From an uncultured Bdellovibrionales bacterium (GTDB lineage: Bacteria; Bdellovibrionota; Bdellovibrionia; Bdellovibrionales; SG-bin7), in NCBI GenBank assembly GCA_964498095.1, contig CAZCFY010000007.1, forward strand, positions 114,257 through 178,256: a DNA stretch of 64,000 nt. Direction: 5' to 3'. Position 1 is the stretch's first letter, and every line of letters begins with the position of its first letter. Below the pieces are notes generated by a model. That model was not told where the DNA came from. It made no database searches and saw only the letters and a list, made by a program, of their open reading frames with translations. The translations under genes were made by a program, and so were the position numbers. This document shows positions 45,106 through 55,723 of this stretch, in pieces.

Positions 45106-46599
45106 TTAACTACTCTTTGGTAGTTCCGAAATCGGCGCCTCTTTTAGTTCTTTACCATTGTACATGTAAATGCGGCGCTCACCGTCCATTACAGTAACGA
45201 GGTTAACAGGTCTTCCCCAAACGGAAAATAGGTTAGCCATCGTGTCAGACATATAGTTGGGCTGCATATCCACACCTTCGTGAAGGTGGTTTAACAAAAG
45301 CTCGCCCCGGTTTTCAAAATTGGCGTCTTCGATTTGAATAATCGGCTGCCCGAAATTTGTAAGGTGAAACAAGAACTGCTTCTTTATGGCGCCAAAATTT
45401 CGAGTTTCGATTTCATAGTGACCCGTGCGTGGATTATGTTTGTAAACAAACATTTTGTTCTTAACGCAAAATTCCTCGGTTAAAAACTCATCAATAAATG
45501 TGACGTCATTGTAGTTACGCCGAACCTCAAAAATCTTCTCTCGTCCCAGGCCAAGCTTCTTATCCCAGCTTTGCTTAAGCTTTATGTCTTCACATTCATT
45601 CCACTCTTTGCCAAACTGACCTTTATTCCAACGCTCCTCGATATCTCGGAAAAGCTCAATACCGACTTTGTAGGGGTTAAATCCCGTCGGCGACATGGCC
45701 ATCGTGCCGCTATGATGATCGGCATAATCCACAACTTCCGCGCTGGTCACAACGTCGCTAGTCATAATTTTTGAATGCCAATAACTAGCCCAGCCTTCAT
45801 TCATGATTTTCGTCATGCCCTGTGGGGCAAAATAGTAAGCTTCATCACGAATTATAGACATAACCTCTTGCTGCCAATTCTTTAATGGCGCGTTGTAAAT
45901 TAAGAACAAGAGAATGTCGCGCTCTGCTCGCGCCGGAAATTTTGCCAGCTGTTGGCGCTTACTCACTTCGCGCTGCTGTTGCTCTTTAATAAACTGAGGT
46001 GGATTAATGTATTCGTCCATATAGTCGCGGTCGACTTTAAACTTTTGATCCGAAATGGACTCGTCTTCCTGAGAACTTTCGCTTTTTGACGGAACGTAAG
46101 GACTGTAGCGGTCAATTAAGTTTTCCAAACTCAAACACAAGTCCACAAAGTTTTCCACCTCCTCGATGCCATAGCGGTCGATAAAGCGGCGGATCTTTGT
46201 GGCGTTATTAGCCATTACATCCATCATTTTGCGGTTTGTTTTGGAAAACCACTGGTTATTTTTAAAAAAGTCGCAATGGCCGTAGACATGGGCCATCACC
46301 AGCTTTTGATCTACAAAGAGATTTCCTTCCATTAAGTAGGCGTAACAAGGGTCCGTGTTTATGACCATTTCGTAAATTTTGGAGAGCCCATATTCGTAAC
46401 CCTTTGAGAGCTGCTCATATTCCATACCAAATCGCCAATGCGGATAGCGGACTGGAAATCCCCCGCGCGCGGCGAATTGATTCATTTGATCATAGGTGAT
46501 TACTTCGAAAACAGTTTCGAAAAAGTCGAGCCCATAACTGCGCGCAATTTTTTCTATTTTTACGCGTTCTTTTTCTAGTTCGGGAGGTAACACGCCCAT
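45106..46599 (-). CDS. spoVR: SpoVR family protein
   Basis: 497 aa. Typical SpoVR sequence and its position downstream of yeaH-like and prkA. Confidence 0.9.
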   Translation of the reverse strand: MGVLPPELEKERVKIEKIARSYGLDFFETVFEVITYDQMNQFAARGGFPVRYPHWRFGMEYEQLSKGYEYGLSKIYEMVINTDPCYAYLMEGNLFVDQKLVMAHVYGHCDFFKNNQWFSKTNRKMMDVMANNATKIRRFIDRYGIEEVENFVDLCLSLENLIDRYSPYVPSKSESSQEDESISDQKFKVDRDYMDEYINPPQFIKEQQQREVSKRQQLAKFPARAERDILLFLIYNAPLKNWQQEVMSIIRDEAYYFAPQGMTKIMNEGWASYWHSKIMTSDVVTSAEVVDYADHHSGTMAMSPTGFNPYKVGIELFRDIEERWNKGQFGKEWNECEDIKLKQSWDKKLGLGREKIFEVRRNYNDVTFIDEFLTEEFCVKNKMFVYKHNPRTGHYEIETRNFGAIKKQFLFHLTNFGQPIIQIEDANFENRGELLLNHLHEGVDMQPNYMSDTMANLFSVWGRPVNLVTVMDGERRIYMYNGKELKEAPISELPKSS

Positions 46600-47697
46600 T
46601 TACTTTCCCTTTCCTAAAAAGTCTTTAATGGAATCAACTATTTTTTCCCGGCTGGGGATCCGGCTAGTGACAAGGACTTCCGAGTTAGGAAATTCACGCT
46701 CTAAATCTTTTAAAAACTGGCCGCTTCCGTATTTACTTTCCACCTGCCCATAACCAAACATATTTACGCGCGGAAAAAAGAAGTCTTTAATTAAATTTAA
46801 GCAAAGCCGGGTGTCCTCGCCGCTCCAATTGTCCCCGTCACTAAAGTGAAAAGGATATATATTCCAGCGATCCAAGGGGTATTCATCATCAATTATTTTT
46901 TGACAAAGCTTATACGCAGAACTGATAAGCGTGCCGCCCGACTCGCTTGTGCTAAAAAAAGTTTTCTCGTCGACTTCTTTCGCCGAAGCGTCGTGGATAA
47001 TAAAACGTGTTTCGAGCCCTTTATAATGACGCTTTAACCAAGCATTGATCCAAAAACTTTCCAGGCGAACGATTTCTTTTTGTTCATCACCCATGGAGCC
47101 TGAAACGTCCATCATATAAATGACGACGGCACTGGCTTCGGGCTTAACAACCGTCTTAAATGAGCGGTAGCGAAAATCCCGTCGGATGGGAACAACAATG
47201 GGATCATCCGGATTATAAGTGCCCGAAGCTATCGAACGCTTTAACGCTTCTTTGTAAGAGGCTTTAAAATGCCTAAGTCCTTCCGGTCCCACCGGCGCTA
47301 ATCCTGAATATTTTATTTTCGTGATATCGGTTTGCTTGTTACCCTTGGGCTGAATGCGCGGAAGCTGCAACTCTTCACCTAAAATGTCGGCTAGATCTTC
47401 AAGCTGAACATCTATTTCTAAAATATGTTCGCCCGGAGAATCACCCGCTTGGCCAGCGCCGGGCCCTTGTTCACCATCGACCGCATCGCCGGGCCCACCC
47501 TGTCCCTGGCCAACCCCGCCACTTTGCTTGGGTCCATATTTAAAACGCGGAATATCGATCTGCGGGATGGGGATTTTTACGAAATCCTTTTCCTGCCTTC
47601 CGATCATTTCGCCATGGGTAATATATTTCTTGAAGTTCTCTTTTATCTTCCCACGGACGATCTGCTTAAACCTGTTATGGTCTTCTCGTATACTCAT
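46600..47697 (-). CDS. yeaH: YeaH/YhbH (DUF444) family protein
   Basis: Gly/Gln-rich loop plus a vWA-like C-terminus. The start overlaps the prkA stop (TAATG). Confidence 0.85.
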   Translation of the reverse strand: MSIREDHNRFKQIVRGKIKENFKKYITHGEMIGRQEKDFVKIPIPQIDIPRFKYGPKQSGGVGQGQGGPGDAVDGEQGPGAGQAGDSPGEHILEIDVQLEDLADILGEELQLPRIQPKGNKQTDITKIKYSGLAPVGPEGLRHFKASYKEALKRSIASGTYNPDDPIVVPIRRDFRYRSFKTVVKPEASAVVIYMMDVSGSMGDEQKEIVRLESFWINAWLKRHYKGLETRFIIHDASAKEVDEKTFFSTSESGGTLISSAYKLCQKIIDDEYPLDRWNIYPFHFSDGDNWSGEDTRLCLNLIKDFFFPRVNMFGYGQVESKYGSGQFLKDLEREFPNSEVLVTSRIPSREKIVDSIKDFLGKGK

Positions 47698-49775
47698 TAT
47701 TTATTTTTTACGTCTCCACGGGCAAAAATGCTGGCCACATACTGAAGAACATCGTTAGCTGAAACCTCGTCATATCCAAAATCCTTAATAAGACGGGATT
47801 TCACGATATCGATTTTCTCTTGCGTATCTTTATCCACGACACTCGAAACCAGAGAGTTCAATTTGATAGAGTCTTTTTGGTCCTCAAAAAGCTTTAATTC
47901 AAAGGCCTTATGCAGTCTCTCGTTTGTGCGGTAATCAAAACGCTTACCGTCCAAAGACAGGTGACCGATATGCCCCATGATTTCCCGGCGAAAATCGTCC
48001 TTGCGTGATTCGGGAATATCTATTTTTTCCTCAATCGAACGCATTAGCCGCTCGTTTGGTTCCTCATCTTGGCCGGTAAATTGATTGCGTACTTTTTCCC
48101 GTTGAGTATACGCCTTGACATTATCGATATAGTTACCGCAAAGCCGCGCTAAAGCGCCTTCGTCGGCACTAATCGCCCGCTGCACTTCCGCTTTTATAAT
48201 GTCTTCATATTCCTGCTTAACGACGGCTAATAATTCTTTAAACTCATTTTTAATTTCGTCATTAGAAATGAGTGAGTGATTTTTTAAACCGGCGTCAAGT
48301 TCATTGAGAACCATGAAGGGATTTACTGAACCCTTATTCATTTGTTGCGCAAACACGATCGCGTTAGAAAGCTTATCCTGAATATAGCGTGGAGAGATTC
48401 CCTCTAAGCCTTCGCGCTTGGCTTCTTTTCTGAGTTCTTTGACGTTATCTTCGGTAAAGTTTGGCAATGTCTTTCCATTATAGAGTTTTAATTTTTGAAT
48501 CCGCGTAAGATTTGCTTTCTTAGGTTTCTCTAAGCGCGTAAGTACGGCCCACATCGCAGCCATTTCGATAGTATGTGGAGCAATACTAATTCCGCGCAAT
48601 TTGCGCGAATTAAAATCCTTTTTGTAAATTTGAATTTCGTCGTTCCATTTGGTGATGTAAGGAATGTCGATTTTCACGGTACGGTCGCGAAGCGCTTCCA
48701 TAAATTCGTTGTCTTGAAGTTTGCGGTACTCGGGCTCATTGGTATGACCGATAATTACTTCATCAATATGGGTTTGCGCAAATTTCTTGGGCTTTACTCT
48801 GTGCTCTTGCGAAGCTCCCAGTAAATCATATAAGAACGCTACATCTAGTTTTAACACTTCCACGAATTCAATCATTCCGCGGTTGGCAACATTAAACTCA
48901 CCGTCGAAGTTAAACGCGCGGGGGTCTGAATCCGACCCATACTCCGCAATTTTACGGTAATTGATATCACCGGTTAACTCGGTGCTGTCCTGATTTTTTT
49001 CATCTTTAGGCTGGAATGTCCCGATTCCGACGCGGTCGGCCTCGCTTAGAATTAAGCGGTGAACTTTGACGTGCCCAAGAACTTTTGTAAGGTCACCCTC
49101 GTAGCGATTCATAAGCTGCGTGAAGATGTAACGGCTAGGCGGACTTAATTCACCTTCCAAAGTTATGCGAAAGTCCCCTTTGTAACCACGATTTAGCTCT
49201 TCCAAAAACTTTGGCCGCAATTCGTGTGGGATAAGTAGTAGCGGCTCTTCGTGCATCGGACTGGCGAAAGCACGATTACCTTTTCCAAACAACCATTCGT
49301 TTTCACCATTGGGATCAACCCAATCAAATGTGTAGAGTGCTCCGCCATCGGTTTTAGAGTAGCGCTCGACTCCCTGTTTTAACAGACGGCAAATTGTTGA
49401 CTTGGCACTTCCTACCGGTCCATGCAGCAGGATAACGCGTTTTTCGGTTCCATAACCAAGGGCGGCGGACCGAAGAACGTTAATTAATTTCATGATCGGC
49501 ACATCCAAACCGAACACGGCATCCTTTCCGTTATTTTCATCGTCATTAAAAAAGTGGTAACGGATGACTTGCTTTTTCGTATCAACATAATCGGCTTTGC
49601 CTTTTTCCATGATCATGTCGTACATGCGCTGAAACGCATTGCGAGTCACTTTTGGATTATTTTTCACGATGTTGAGGTATTCGTCGAAACTTCCGCTCCA
49701 GCTTAGGTCACGGAATTTTTCGCGGTCGTTCCAATCTTTTAGTAGCCCCTGAAGACTTATTCTTGAATCGGCCAT
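47697..49775 (-). CDS. prkA: PrkA family serine protein kinase (AAA+ N-domain)
   Basis: 692 aa. Walker [12 protein letters not shown]. Conserved prkA-yeaH-spoVR order. Confidence 0.9.
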   Translation of the reverse strand: MADSRISLQGLLKDWNDREKFRDLSWSGSFDEYLNIVKNNPKVTRNAFQRMYDMIMEKGKADYVDTKKQVIRYHFFNDDENNGKDAVFGLDVPIMKLINVLRSAALGYGTEKRVILLHGPVGSAKSTICRLLKQGVERYSKTDGGALYTFDWVDPNGENEWLFGKGNRAFASPMHEEPLLLIPHELRPKFLEELNRGYKGDFRITLEGELSPPSRYIFTQLMNRYEGDLTKVLGHVKVHRLILSEADRVGIGTFQPKDEKNQDSTELTGDINYRKIAEYGSDSDPRAFNFDGEFNVANRGMIEFVEVLKLDVAFLYDLLGASQEHRVKPKKFAQTHIDEVIIGHTNEPEYRKLQDNEFMEALRDRTVKIDIPYITKWNDEIQIYKKDFNSRKLRGISIAPHTIEMAAMWAVLTRLEKPKKANLTRIQKLKLYNGKTLPNFTEDNVKELRKEAKREGLEGISPRYIQDKLSNAIVFAQQMNKGSVNPFMVLNELDAGLKNHSLISNDEIKNEFKELLAVVKQEYEDIIKAEVQRAISADEGALARLCGNYIDNVKAYTQREKVRNQFTGQDEEPNERLMRSIEEKIDIPESRKDDFRREIMGHIGHLSLDGKRFDYRTNERLHKAFELKLFEDQKDSIKLNSLVSSVVDKDTQEKIDIVKSRLIKDFGYDEVSANDVLQYVASIFARGDVKNK

Positions 49776-49986
49776 ATCCTCTCCTTGGATGTTAAAAGGA
49801 CCTCTATATTATTATGCCCTTTTGCCAACATTTCCGCAAATCTACGCCAGACTATTTCCCTTCTTGAATTAACCGATCCAAAAAAGTTATGTCTCATTTT
49901 GACTCGCGTCTAACACTACTCATGGCAAAACTTATGACTGGTATTAGAGGGAACAAAGGTGACAACACCTTTGTCCAGCGGCGCCC

Positions 49987-50724
49987 TTACAATCGTTTGA
50001 ACCCTTTGGGCACCGGAAGGTTAAAAGTTTTTTCAGAAAAACTCTCATCGGGTGAAAACTTACCGAAAATCAATTTCATTATGTAACCTTCACCACTAAT
50101 AACGACTGTCTTCTCTTGGCCATCACGCTCGGTGACTTCAAGTGATATTTTGTTTTCCTGATTTTCACATTTCTGCAAAAATCCCCGGCCATCCGAACTG
50201 CAAATCCACCCGACCGCGTTTATGGATTCATCAAACAGAATTGCTGGCAGCATTCGTAAATCTACTGGAACGCCAAAAACATCGCGCGACAAAACTTCCT
50301 TTGAACTTTGACCTTCCCTAAATTCTTTTTTCTTTATTAGGAGTGCCTGGTAAGAGTCATTGTTCACGACAATACTAGCTAAATGAATTCCCATGATGGC
50401 TTTAACGTCAGCCCGCACTTTCTTTTCCGCTTTTATGGCCTTGAAATTTACCGTGAGTGTATGATTTTTATTTTTTGCCTTGTCTTCGATTTCTATCTTC
50501 GATTGCCATTTTCCCGCATTCACCGCGCGAAAATCAAATGGCGGCTTGGGTGCCGATGGACACGCCGTTAACAGAAATGCGAAAAGATAATATTTACTTA
50601 GATTTACGAGAAGCCGGGAGTCGCTCTTTAGATGTCTGGGCGTCCAAGGCCATGAGCTTAGTTTTAATTTTTGCCACTTGGCTCTCATTTTTTTCCAGCT
50701 CCAATGCCTTTTTGTACATGACAC
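49987..50724 (-). CDS. Lipoprotein, possibly LolB/DUF4292-like; start uncertain
   Basis: Lipobox FLLTAC. The only in-frame ATG starts (50724 and 50688) overlap the upstream TPR gene by 95 nt or more. Confidence 0.35.
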   Translation of the reverse strand: MSCTKRHWSWKKMRAKWQKLKLSSWPWTPRHLKSDSRLLVNLSKYYLFAFLLTACPSAPKPPFDFRAVNAGKWQSKIEIEDKAKNKNHTLTVNFKAIKAEKKVRADVKAIMGIHLASIVVNNDSYQALLIKKKEFREGQSSKEVLSRDVFGVPVDLRMLPAILFDESINAVGWICSSDGRGFLQKCENQENKISLEVTERDGQEKTVVISGEGYIMKLIFGKFSPDESFSEKTFNLPVPKGFKRL

Positions 50725-52459
50725 GGGCCTTGTTTGTCATTTGATTCTTAAAGTAGGCGTCGCCTAAGTGCTCGGCAATAATGCTTTCATCGCCACGCAA
50801 TTTAAACGCTAGTTCTAAGGTTTTTATCGCTTCGGTCACGCGCCCTTGTTTAAATAAAGTCCAACCTAACGTATCTAAAATATAACCATCTTCAGGCTCG
50901 ATCTCCGAAGCGCGACGGGCCATTGCCTCGGCTTGATCGAGTAAGCGATTTTGATCGGCATACGTGTACGCGACATAGTTTAATGCTTGCGCGTGATCGG
51001 GATTAACCTCTAATACTTTATTCATTTCGTCGATGGTCTGATCGACCTTGCCAATTTTATCGTAAAGTGTACCCAGCAAAAAGCGCAGGTCCGTATTATT
51101 TGGAAAGCGTTCAACGCCTTCCTTTATTACCACCATCGCCTGCTCGTAGTCTTTGTTTTCACTCAATAAGGCGGCAAGCGAACTGTAAAATTGCGGAACA
51201 TCCTTACGAATCTTAAGCGCTTCCTTTAAAACCGAAAGGGCCTTGTCTTTTTTGTCTACGACCCGGTAGCTGTGCGCTTGCAATACGACAGCCTGAAGAT
51301 AAAGTGGACTCGAAGCCGGCACTTGTTCAAAATGCTTTATCGCGGCATCGTAGTTGCCTTTTTCCATATAAACCGCCGCCAAGAAGTACCTTACTTTATC
51401 GGAATCAGGTACCCGCGCTAAGAGTTTTTCTAGTTGAGAAATGGCGGCGTCATATTTCTTCTGCGTAAACAGAATATGCGCCATCTTTAGTAATACATTG
51501 AGATCGTCGGGATCAGATTCAGCGGCGATTTCGAATTGCTGGTAAGCAAGTTCAAATTTCTCCTGATCCATATAAAGTGGAGCCAAAACTTCCGCGACAT
51601 TGGCATTGGGCCCATGCCGGTCTTGAAAGGCGGCCAGAAGTTCTACGGCCCTTTTGACATTATTTTTATTTTGATAGACGGCCGCTAACGCCAATACCGC
51701 ATCAGAAAAATCGGGTTTTACACCGAGAGCTTTTTCAAATGCTTTTTCCGCTTGCTCCATGGACTTCGGTGTATTTTGTTGAGCGCGAATTCGGCCAACG
51801 TAATACCAAGCTAAATAGGTATTCGGGAATTTTTTATTTTTTGTGAGTCCTTCAAAGTAACGAACGGCCTCATCGTACTTGCCTTCTTCCGCCAGCAAAG
51901 CGCCAATATAAAGTTGTGCGTCAGCATTTTCGGGTTCAATGGCTCGCGCCTCTTCGTACTGCAGGCGCGCCTTATCGTACATTTTCATCGACGAGTACAT
52001 GGCGCCCAAAAGAAATCTGGTATCCAATGTTTTTGGATCCATTTTTACCGAAGTTTCGGCGTACTCGATAGCTTCGGCAATTAAACCCATGCGGACATAT
52101 TCTTTGGCCAGTCTAAAATACACAGTCGGAGAATCGGGATCATAGACTAGAGTGTGGCGGAATTCTTCGACCGCCTTTTCGCTTTGCCCCTCATTGGCAT
52201 AAGTCTCTCCCATTGCAAAGTGGTAGTCCGCTTGCGATCGTCGCGCCATGGGATCAGCTTCGGAATTCGAAAATTCCGCCGGTGGATTCGTGGGAGATTT
52301 TTTTACTGCTTTTGCGCCAACAGCGGATGCGCCTTCTTCGTCGGAAGAAAGTCTCTCGAAAGTAGCGCATGCCCCGAGCCCAATCATCGTGATTGTCAGT
52401 AGCCCCTTAAGGCAAGATTTCATAACACCCGCTTTCAAACAGCGAGAATTCACTCTCAA
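50594..52459 (-). CDS. TPR-repeat lipoprotein
   Basis: Lipobox IGLGAC followed by more than 12 TPR-like repeats. Confidence 0.7.
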   Translation of the reverse strand: MRVNSRCLKAGVMKSCLKGLLTITMIGLGACATFERLSSDEEGASAVGAKAVKKSPTNPPAEFSNSEADPMARRSQADYHFAMGETYANEGQSEKAVEEFRHTLVYDPDSPTVYFRLAKEYVRMGLIAEAIEYAETSVKMDPKTLDTRFLLGAMYSSMKMYDKARLQYEEARAIEPENADAQLYIGALLAEEGKYDEAVRYFEGLTKNKKFPNTYLAWYYVGRIRAQQNTPKSMEQAEKAFEKALGVKPDFSDAVLALAAVYQNKNNVKRAVELLAAFQDRHGPNANVAEVLAPLYMDQEKFELAYQQFEIAAESDPDDLNVLLKMAHILFTQKKYDAAISQLEKLLARVPDSDKVRYFLAAVYMEKGNYDAAIKHFEQVPASSPLYLQAVVLQAHSYRVVDKKDKALSVLKEALKIRKDVPQFYSSLAALLSENKDYEQAMVVIKEGVERFPNNTDLRFLLGTLYDKIGKVDQTIDEMNKVLEVNPDHAQALNYVAYTYADQNRLLDQAEAMARRASEIEPEDGYILDTLGWTLFKQGRVTEAIKTLELAFKLRGDESIIAEHLGDAYFKNQMTNKARVMYKKALELEKNESQVAKIKTKLMALDAQTSKERLPASRKSK

Positions 52460-52536
52460 CTGTCTAATTATTTATCGGTGCAAAAACCCCAGAGCTTTAA
52501 ATTTTTAAGTGCTATTTTGAAGGCTTAGACCAATTA

Positions 52537-53016
52537 CTATTTATTGATAATATCAATCTTTTTGATGTAGCCGAGATCATCGCCAATAAAGTTATAACTA
52601 CCGCTTGTGATCTGACTTAGGTTGAGGCCAGAAATTTTCGTCTCAATATGAACGTTTTTTCCGCCCGAAAGTAAAACGAGGAATGCGGTTCTTCCTTGTT
52701 CGTCCCGAAAATATTTGTAGGCATAAGGGCGACCCCACGGATCTAAACCAATAATACCTTCGGGGCGCAAAGTTGCAGCTTTGGGGTCCAGTTTTACAGA
52801 AGCTGGTCCCCGAGATGGGCGATTTTGGGAAATTGGGTCAACTCCCGCCATCTGGGTGGCGAGCGCGGCCAGGTTCCGGTTTGTACGGTCAACCTTGTAC
52901 CCCTTGACCTCCGTAAAAATGACACCCAGGGCAAATTTTATGGAAAAGAGACACAGCACCAATGATGCAATTATTTCAACTGTCCTAACTTGAGAGCTTC
53001 CAGAGCCAGCATTCAT
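52537..53016 (-). CDS. GspG-like pseudopilin-domain protein with a degenerate N-terminus
   Basis: DPWGRPYAYKY resembles the T2SS GspG motif. The N-terminus has a hydrophobic helix but no canonical G-F-T-L-I-E prepilin site. Confidence 0.45.
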   Translation of the reverse strand: MNAGSGSSQVRTVEIIASLVLCLFSIKFALGVIFTEVKGYKVDRTNRNLAALATQMAGVDPISQNRPSRGPASVKLDPKAATLRPEGIIGLDPWGRPYAYKYFRDEQGRTAFLVLLSGGKNVHIETKISGLNLSQITSGSYNFIGDDLGYIKKIDIINK

Positions 53017-53165
53017 GCCTAGACTATCGGCTAGTTTAAGGAAAACTTTATCTATATCCAGGGGGGCAATTAACCGTCTCTGTTTGCCAAAGTGTCCCTA
53101 TTTTTGAGATGTTAACAGCTTGTGTCTATAATAATTGCAATTCAATTCCACGGGGTTTTCATCAC

Positions 53166-53195
53166 TTGACAGGCCGTGCCGACCGCAGCTATTGT
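53166..53195 (+). promoter_or_regulatory. Candidate sigma70-type promoter for phaR
   Basis: TTGACA (53166-53171), an 18-nt spacer, then TATTGT (53190-53195). This rests on sequence match only. Confidence 0.25.
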
Positions 53196-53249
53196 CTCGG
53201 CGAAATGAATAAAAAAGGTGTAAAAACCTTTTAAAATGGGAGATTCCAT

Positions 53250-53798
53250 ATGGGGGGAAATCCAGTGCAAAATCAACCAAATACCTCAGTACCGAGCAAC
53301 GCAAAGGTAAGTGGTAAAACCAAGATTATTAAGCGTTACCAAAACCGTAAGCTCTACGACACTCAGCAAAGCTGTTACGTAACTTTGGACGATATCGCCA
53401 AAATGATTCGCAACAACGAAGAAGTTATGGTGATTGATAATAAATCGAAAAACGACATTACGGCTGCAACACTAACTCAAATTATTTTCGAATCTGAAAA
53501 GAAAGCTTCTCACTATGCTCCGCTTTTCACACTTCGCGAAATTATTCAGCACGGCAACGGAAGCATCTCAAATTTCTTAGCGAAACTGGGCGCTTTCCCG
53601 AAAGAGTACATGACAAAAACTACTCCTTACAAAGAGCCTGTGACTGAAGCAAAACCGGCTTTCGAAGACATTAAACAAACTCTTGAAAACCGCGTAGCAA
53701 GTGCTGCAGAGAAAACGGCTTCTGAAATGAATAACGAAGGCTTCCGTGAAGATGATACTCCAAGCCTTCCTTCTTCAAACAAGAGCTTAAATAACTAA
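53250..53798 (+). CDS. phaR: Polyhydroxyalkanoate synthesis regulator PhaR
   Basis: IKRYQNRKLYDTQQSCYVTLDDIAKMI...DITAATLTQIIFESE. GGGAGA RBS 6 nt before the ATG. Confidence 0.8.
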   Translation: MGGNPVQNQPNTSVPSNAKVSGKTKIIKRYQNRKLYDTQQSCYVTLDDIAKMIRNNEEVMVIDNKSKNDITAATLTQIIFESEKKASHYAPLFTLREIIQHGNGSISNFLAKLGAFPKEYMTKTTPYKEPVTEAKPAFEDIKQTLENRVASAAEKTASEMNNEGFREDDTPSLPSSNKSLNN

Positions 53799-53824
53799 GT
53801 TTAAATTTATTTAATCAGACTTTG

Positions 53825-53863
53825 AAAACCCTTGGTAGCCAACTATCAAGGGTTTTTTATTTT
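53825..53863 (+). terminator. Rho-independent terminator of phaR
   Basis: AAAACCCTTG-(12 nt)-CAAGGGTTTT followed by a T-run. Confidence 0.55.
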
Positions 53864-53922
53864 TTAGGTAACAGTTCCCTTTCCTCGATGCGACACATCG
53901 AGGAAAGGGAACTGTTACCTAA
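53864..53922. repeat. Perfect inverted repeat: 27-bp arms with a 5-nt loop
   Basis: TTAGGTAACAGTTCCCTTTCCTCGATG-cgaca-CATCGAGGAAAGGGAACTGTTACCTAA. I verified the arms base by base. Confidence 0.9.
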
Positions 53923-53962
53923 ACTTGGAACTCTTGATATTTTGGGGGTTCGAGGAGGCGTT

Positions 53963-54499
53963 ATGCGATTAATTTTGGCCATGTTATTAACGGTGATTTC
54001 AACATCGGCGTTCGCGATTGACGAAGGCGATATCCGTGTTGGCGTAATTGGGGGAAACAACAATTTGTTGGGTGACGTGGGCGACGGGGGGCACAATACG
54101 CTTTCTACAGGCGCGATCTTCGCCTACCAACTTCTGGATGATATCGCCTTCAACGTGATTTATTTAACGAGCAAACATGAATTTATCGCAGTTCAAAAGC
54201 ATACTAATCTATCCCTCGGGGTTGACTACTACACCGGAGGGGACGGCACGATAGCGTACCATCTTTCGGGCGGAGCATGTACGATCAGTAATAGCTTCAC
54301 CACTTCATCATTTGATGGCAATGCAATGTGCTTATATGCCGGCGGCGGAATTGATTTTCAAATACAGTCAAATTTTCTTTTTGGTTTAAAAGCTAAATAC
54401 AATAAAGCTTTTGAAACCACCGGCCCCACGGGCGCGAAAAACGTACAAGACTCTATCGACGTATTCGCTGCCGTGGAATTTGTATTCGGCAAAAAATAA
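53963..54499 (+). CDS. Small outer-membrane beta-barrel protein (OmpW/opacity-porin-like)
   Basis: Start at MRLILAMLLTVISTSAFA, preceded by GAGGAGG. The C-terminal end carries an aromatic residue (VEFVFGKK). Confidence 0.5.
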   Translation: MRLILAMLLTVISTSAFAIDEGDIRVGVIGGNNNLLGDVGDGGHNTLSTGAIFAYQLLDDIAFNVIYLTSKHEFIAVQKHTNLSLGVDYYTGGDGTIAYHLSGGACTISNSFTTSSFDGNAMCLYAGGGIDFQIQSNFLFGLKAKYNKAFETTGPTGAKNVQDSIDVFAAVEFVFGKK

Positions 54500-55642
54500 T
54501 TAGCGCGAACTAAACACAAACGGGTATTGAACCTGACCAATCATTCCTGCCGGGGGTTTTGGGAATCTTAGGCCCTTAATAATATTCGCTGTGCAATTAG
54601 CAACATCGCGATCACCTAAGGTACTTCTATCACTTAGGGCTCTGGCGGCCCCAACGCTGCCATTTTCTAAAATCTGCCACTGGATCACCACCTTCCCGGC
54701 GATAGTCTGATCCTGGTTTAGCTTCATTTCGTAACACGCGCGAATCTCTGATAAATGACTCTTAATTACCTGCCGAATGGCTTCCTTATCCATAAATCCG
54801 GGAATGGATTCGTCACCACTACCCCTAGAGATTTCGGCGGAATTTTTGTCTATGGACCCGGCGCGGGCAATACCAATTGGGCCGCGGCCAACACCGGGTA
54901 AGTTTACTTTTAAATCTCCGGTGCTATAACTTCCTCCGCCGGAGCCAGTTCCCGTTTCTTTAAAAGCTCTAGCACCTACAAAACCACGTGGTTGAGAACT
55001 TTTTATTTGATCGCGCGCTGTTTCCAGAGAGTCTTTTAATAAGCGATCTTTTCCTCCCAAACCCAAGTTGTTGCCCAGTAGCTTCAGAATACCCGCATTA
55101 TTTGGATCAATTTTTTTGGTTGAGGGCTTTGGCGTGGTATTTGTACCTTCGGACTGGCGAACAACAGAAATTTGCTTTGGGAAGTCGATAGTCACAACAG
55201 CGTCTGCCAAATTTGGGGCTGGCTCTTCAGTAAGATCAAACGTCAGAAAGAAAATGTACAAAGTAATGAGTAAGGAAAATATAAATGTTCTACTTTCCGC
55301 AGAATTAAAATTGAAAAGCGGCGACACATCCGCCTTATAACTTGCGGGAACCACGCCAATTTCAATATTAAAGGGTGACGACGGCACATCCAGATTTAGC
55401 CTTTCAGAGTTTCCCTTTTCTTGACCGCTTAAAAAATAATTCTTGCCGTCAAAACCGTAGACCTCAACGCCGCCATTGATTTTCATAAAGCGGTGCTTCT
55501 CGTAAATTGGCTGACCCGGCAAAAAGATATCGCAGTGGTTTTGATTTCCAGCATAAACTTCGCCCTGGGGCTGGAAATGATAAGCCTGAACAACGACGTC
55601 TTGCCAATAGACAAGCACCTCGACGGACTTTCCCGTTAACAT
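54500..55642 (-). CDS. AgmX/PglI C-terminal-domain protein (TonB-C-like)
   Basis: C-terminus MDKEAIRQVIKSHLSEIRACYE...GKVVIQWQI...CTANIIKGLRFPKPP...VQYPFVF. Confidence 0.6.
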   Translation of the reverse strand: MLTGKSVEVLVYWQDVVVQAYHFQPQGEVYAGNQNHCDIFLPGQPIYEKHRFMKINGGVEVYGFDGKNYFLSGQEKGNSERLNLDVPSSPFNIEIGVVPASYKADVSPLFNFNSAESRTFIFSLLITLYIFFLTFDLTEEPAPNLADAVVTIDFPKQISVVRQSEGTNTTPKPSTKKIDPNNAGILKLLGNNLGLGGKDRLLKDSLETARDQIKSSQPRGFVGARAFKETGTGSGGGSYSTGDLKVNLPGVGRGPIGIARAGSIDKNSAEISRGSGDESIPGFMDKEAIRQVIKSHLSEIRACYEMKLNQDQTIAGKVVIQWQILENGSVGAARALSDRSTLGDRDVANCTANIIKGLRFPKPPAGMIGQVQYPFVFSSR

Positions 55643-55723
55643 GGTACCTCCTTGAGTAGTTGGTAATAATTAACGGTCCCAAGTAGAATTTATTAGAAAT
55701 AATTTTTTTATAAATACTCTTAG

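Noticed and set aside
49776-49986. A sigma-54 promoter upstream of prkA, and a hairpin CAAAGGTG-acaa-CACCTTTG (49955-49974) as a terminator.
   Set aside because: The best minus-strand match (TGGCAAAAGGGCAT) lacks the TTGC -12 element at the correct spacing. The hairpin has no adjacent U-run on either strand, so neither call is supportable.
50594-50724. The overlap of 95 nt or more between the TPR gene and the downstream lipoprotein ORF, as evidence of a frameshift or pseudogene.
   Set aside because: Both frames are intact. I found no ATG, GTG or TTG nearer the lipobox in that frame, so the long overlap or a long n-region may be real. The evidence is insufficient to call a pseudogene.
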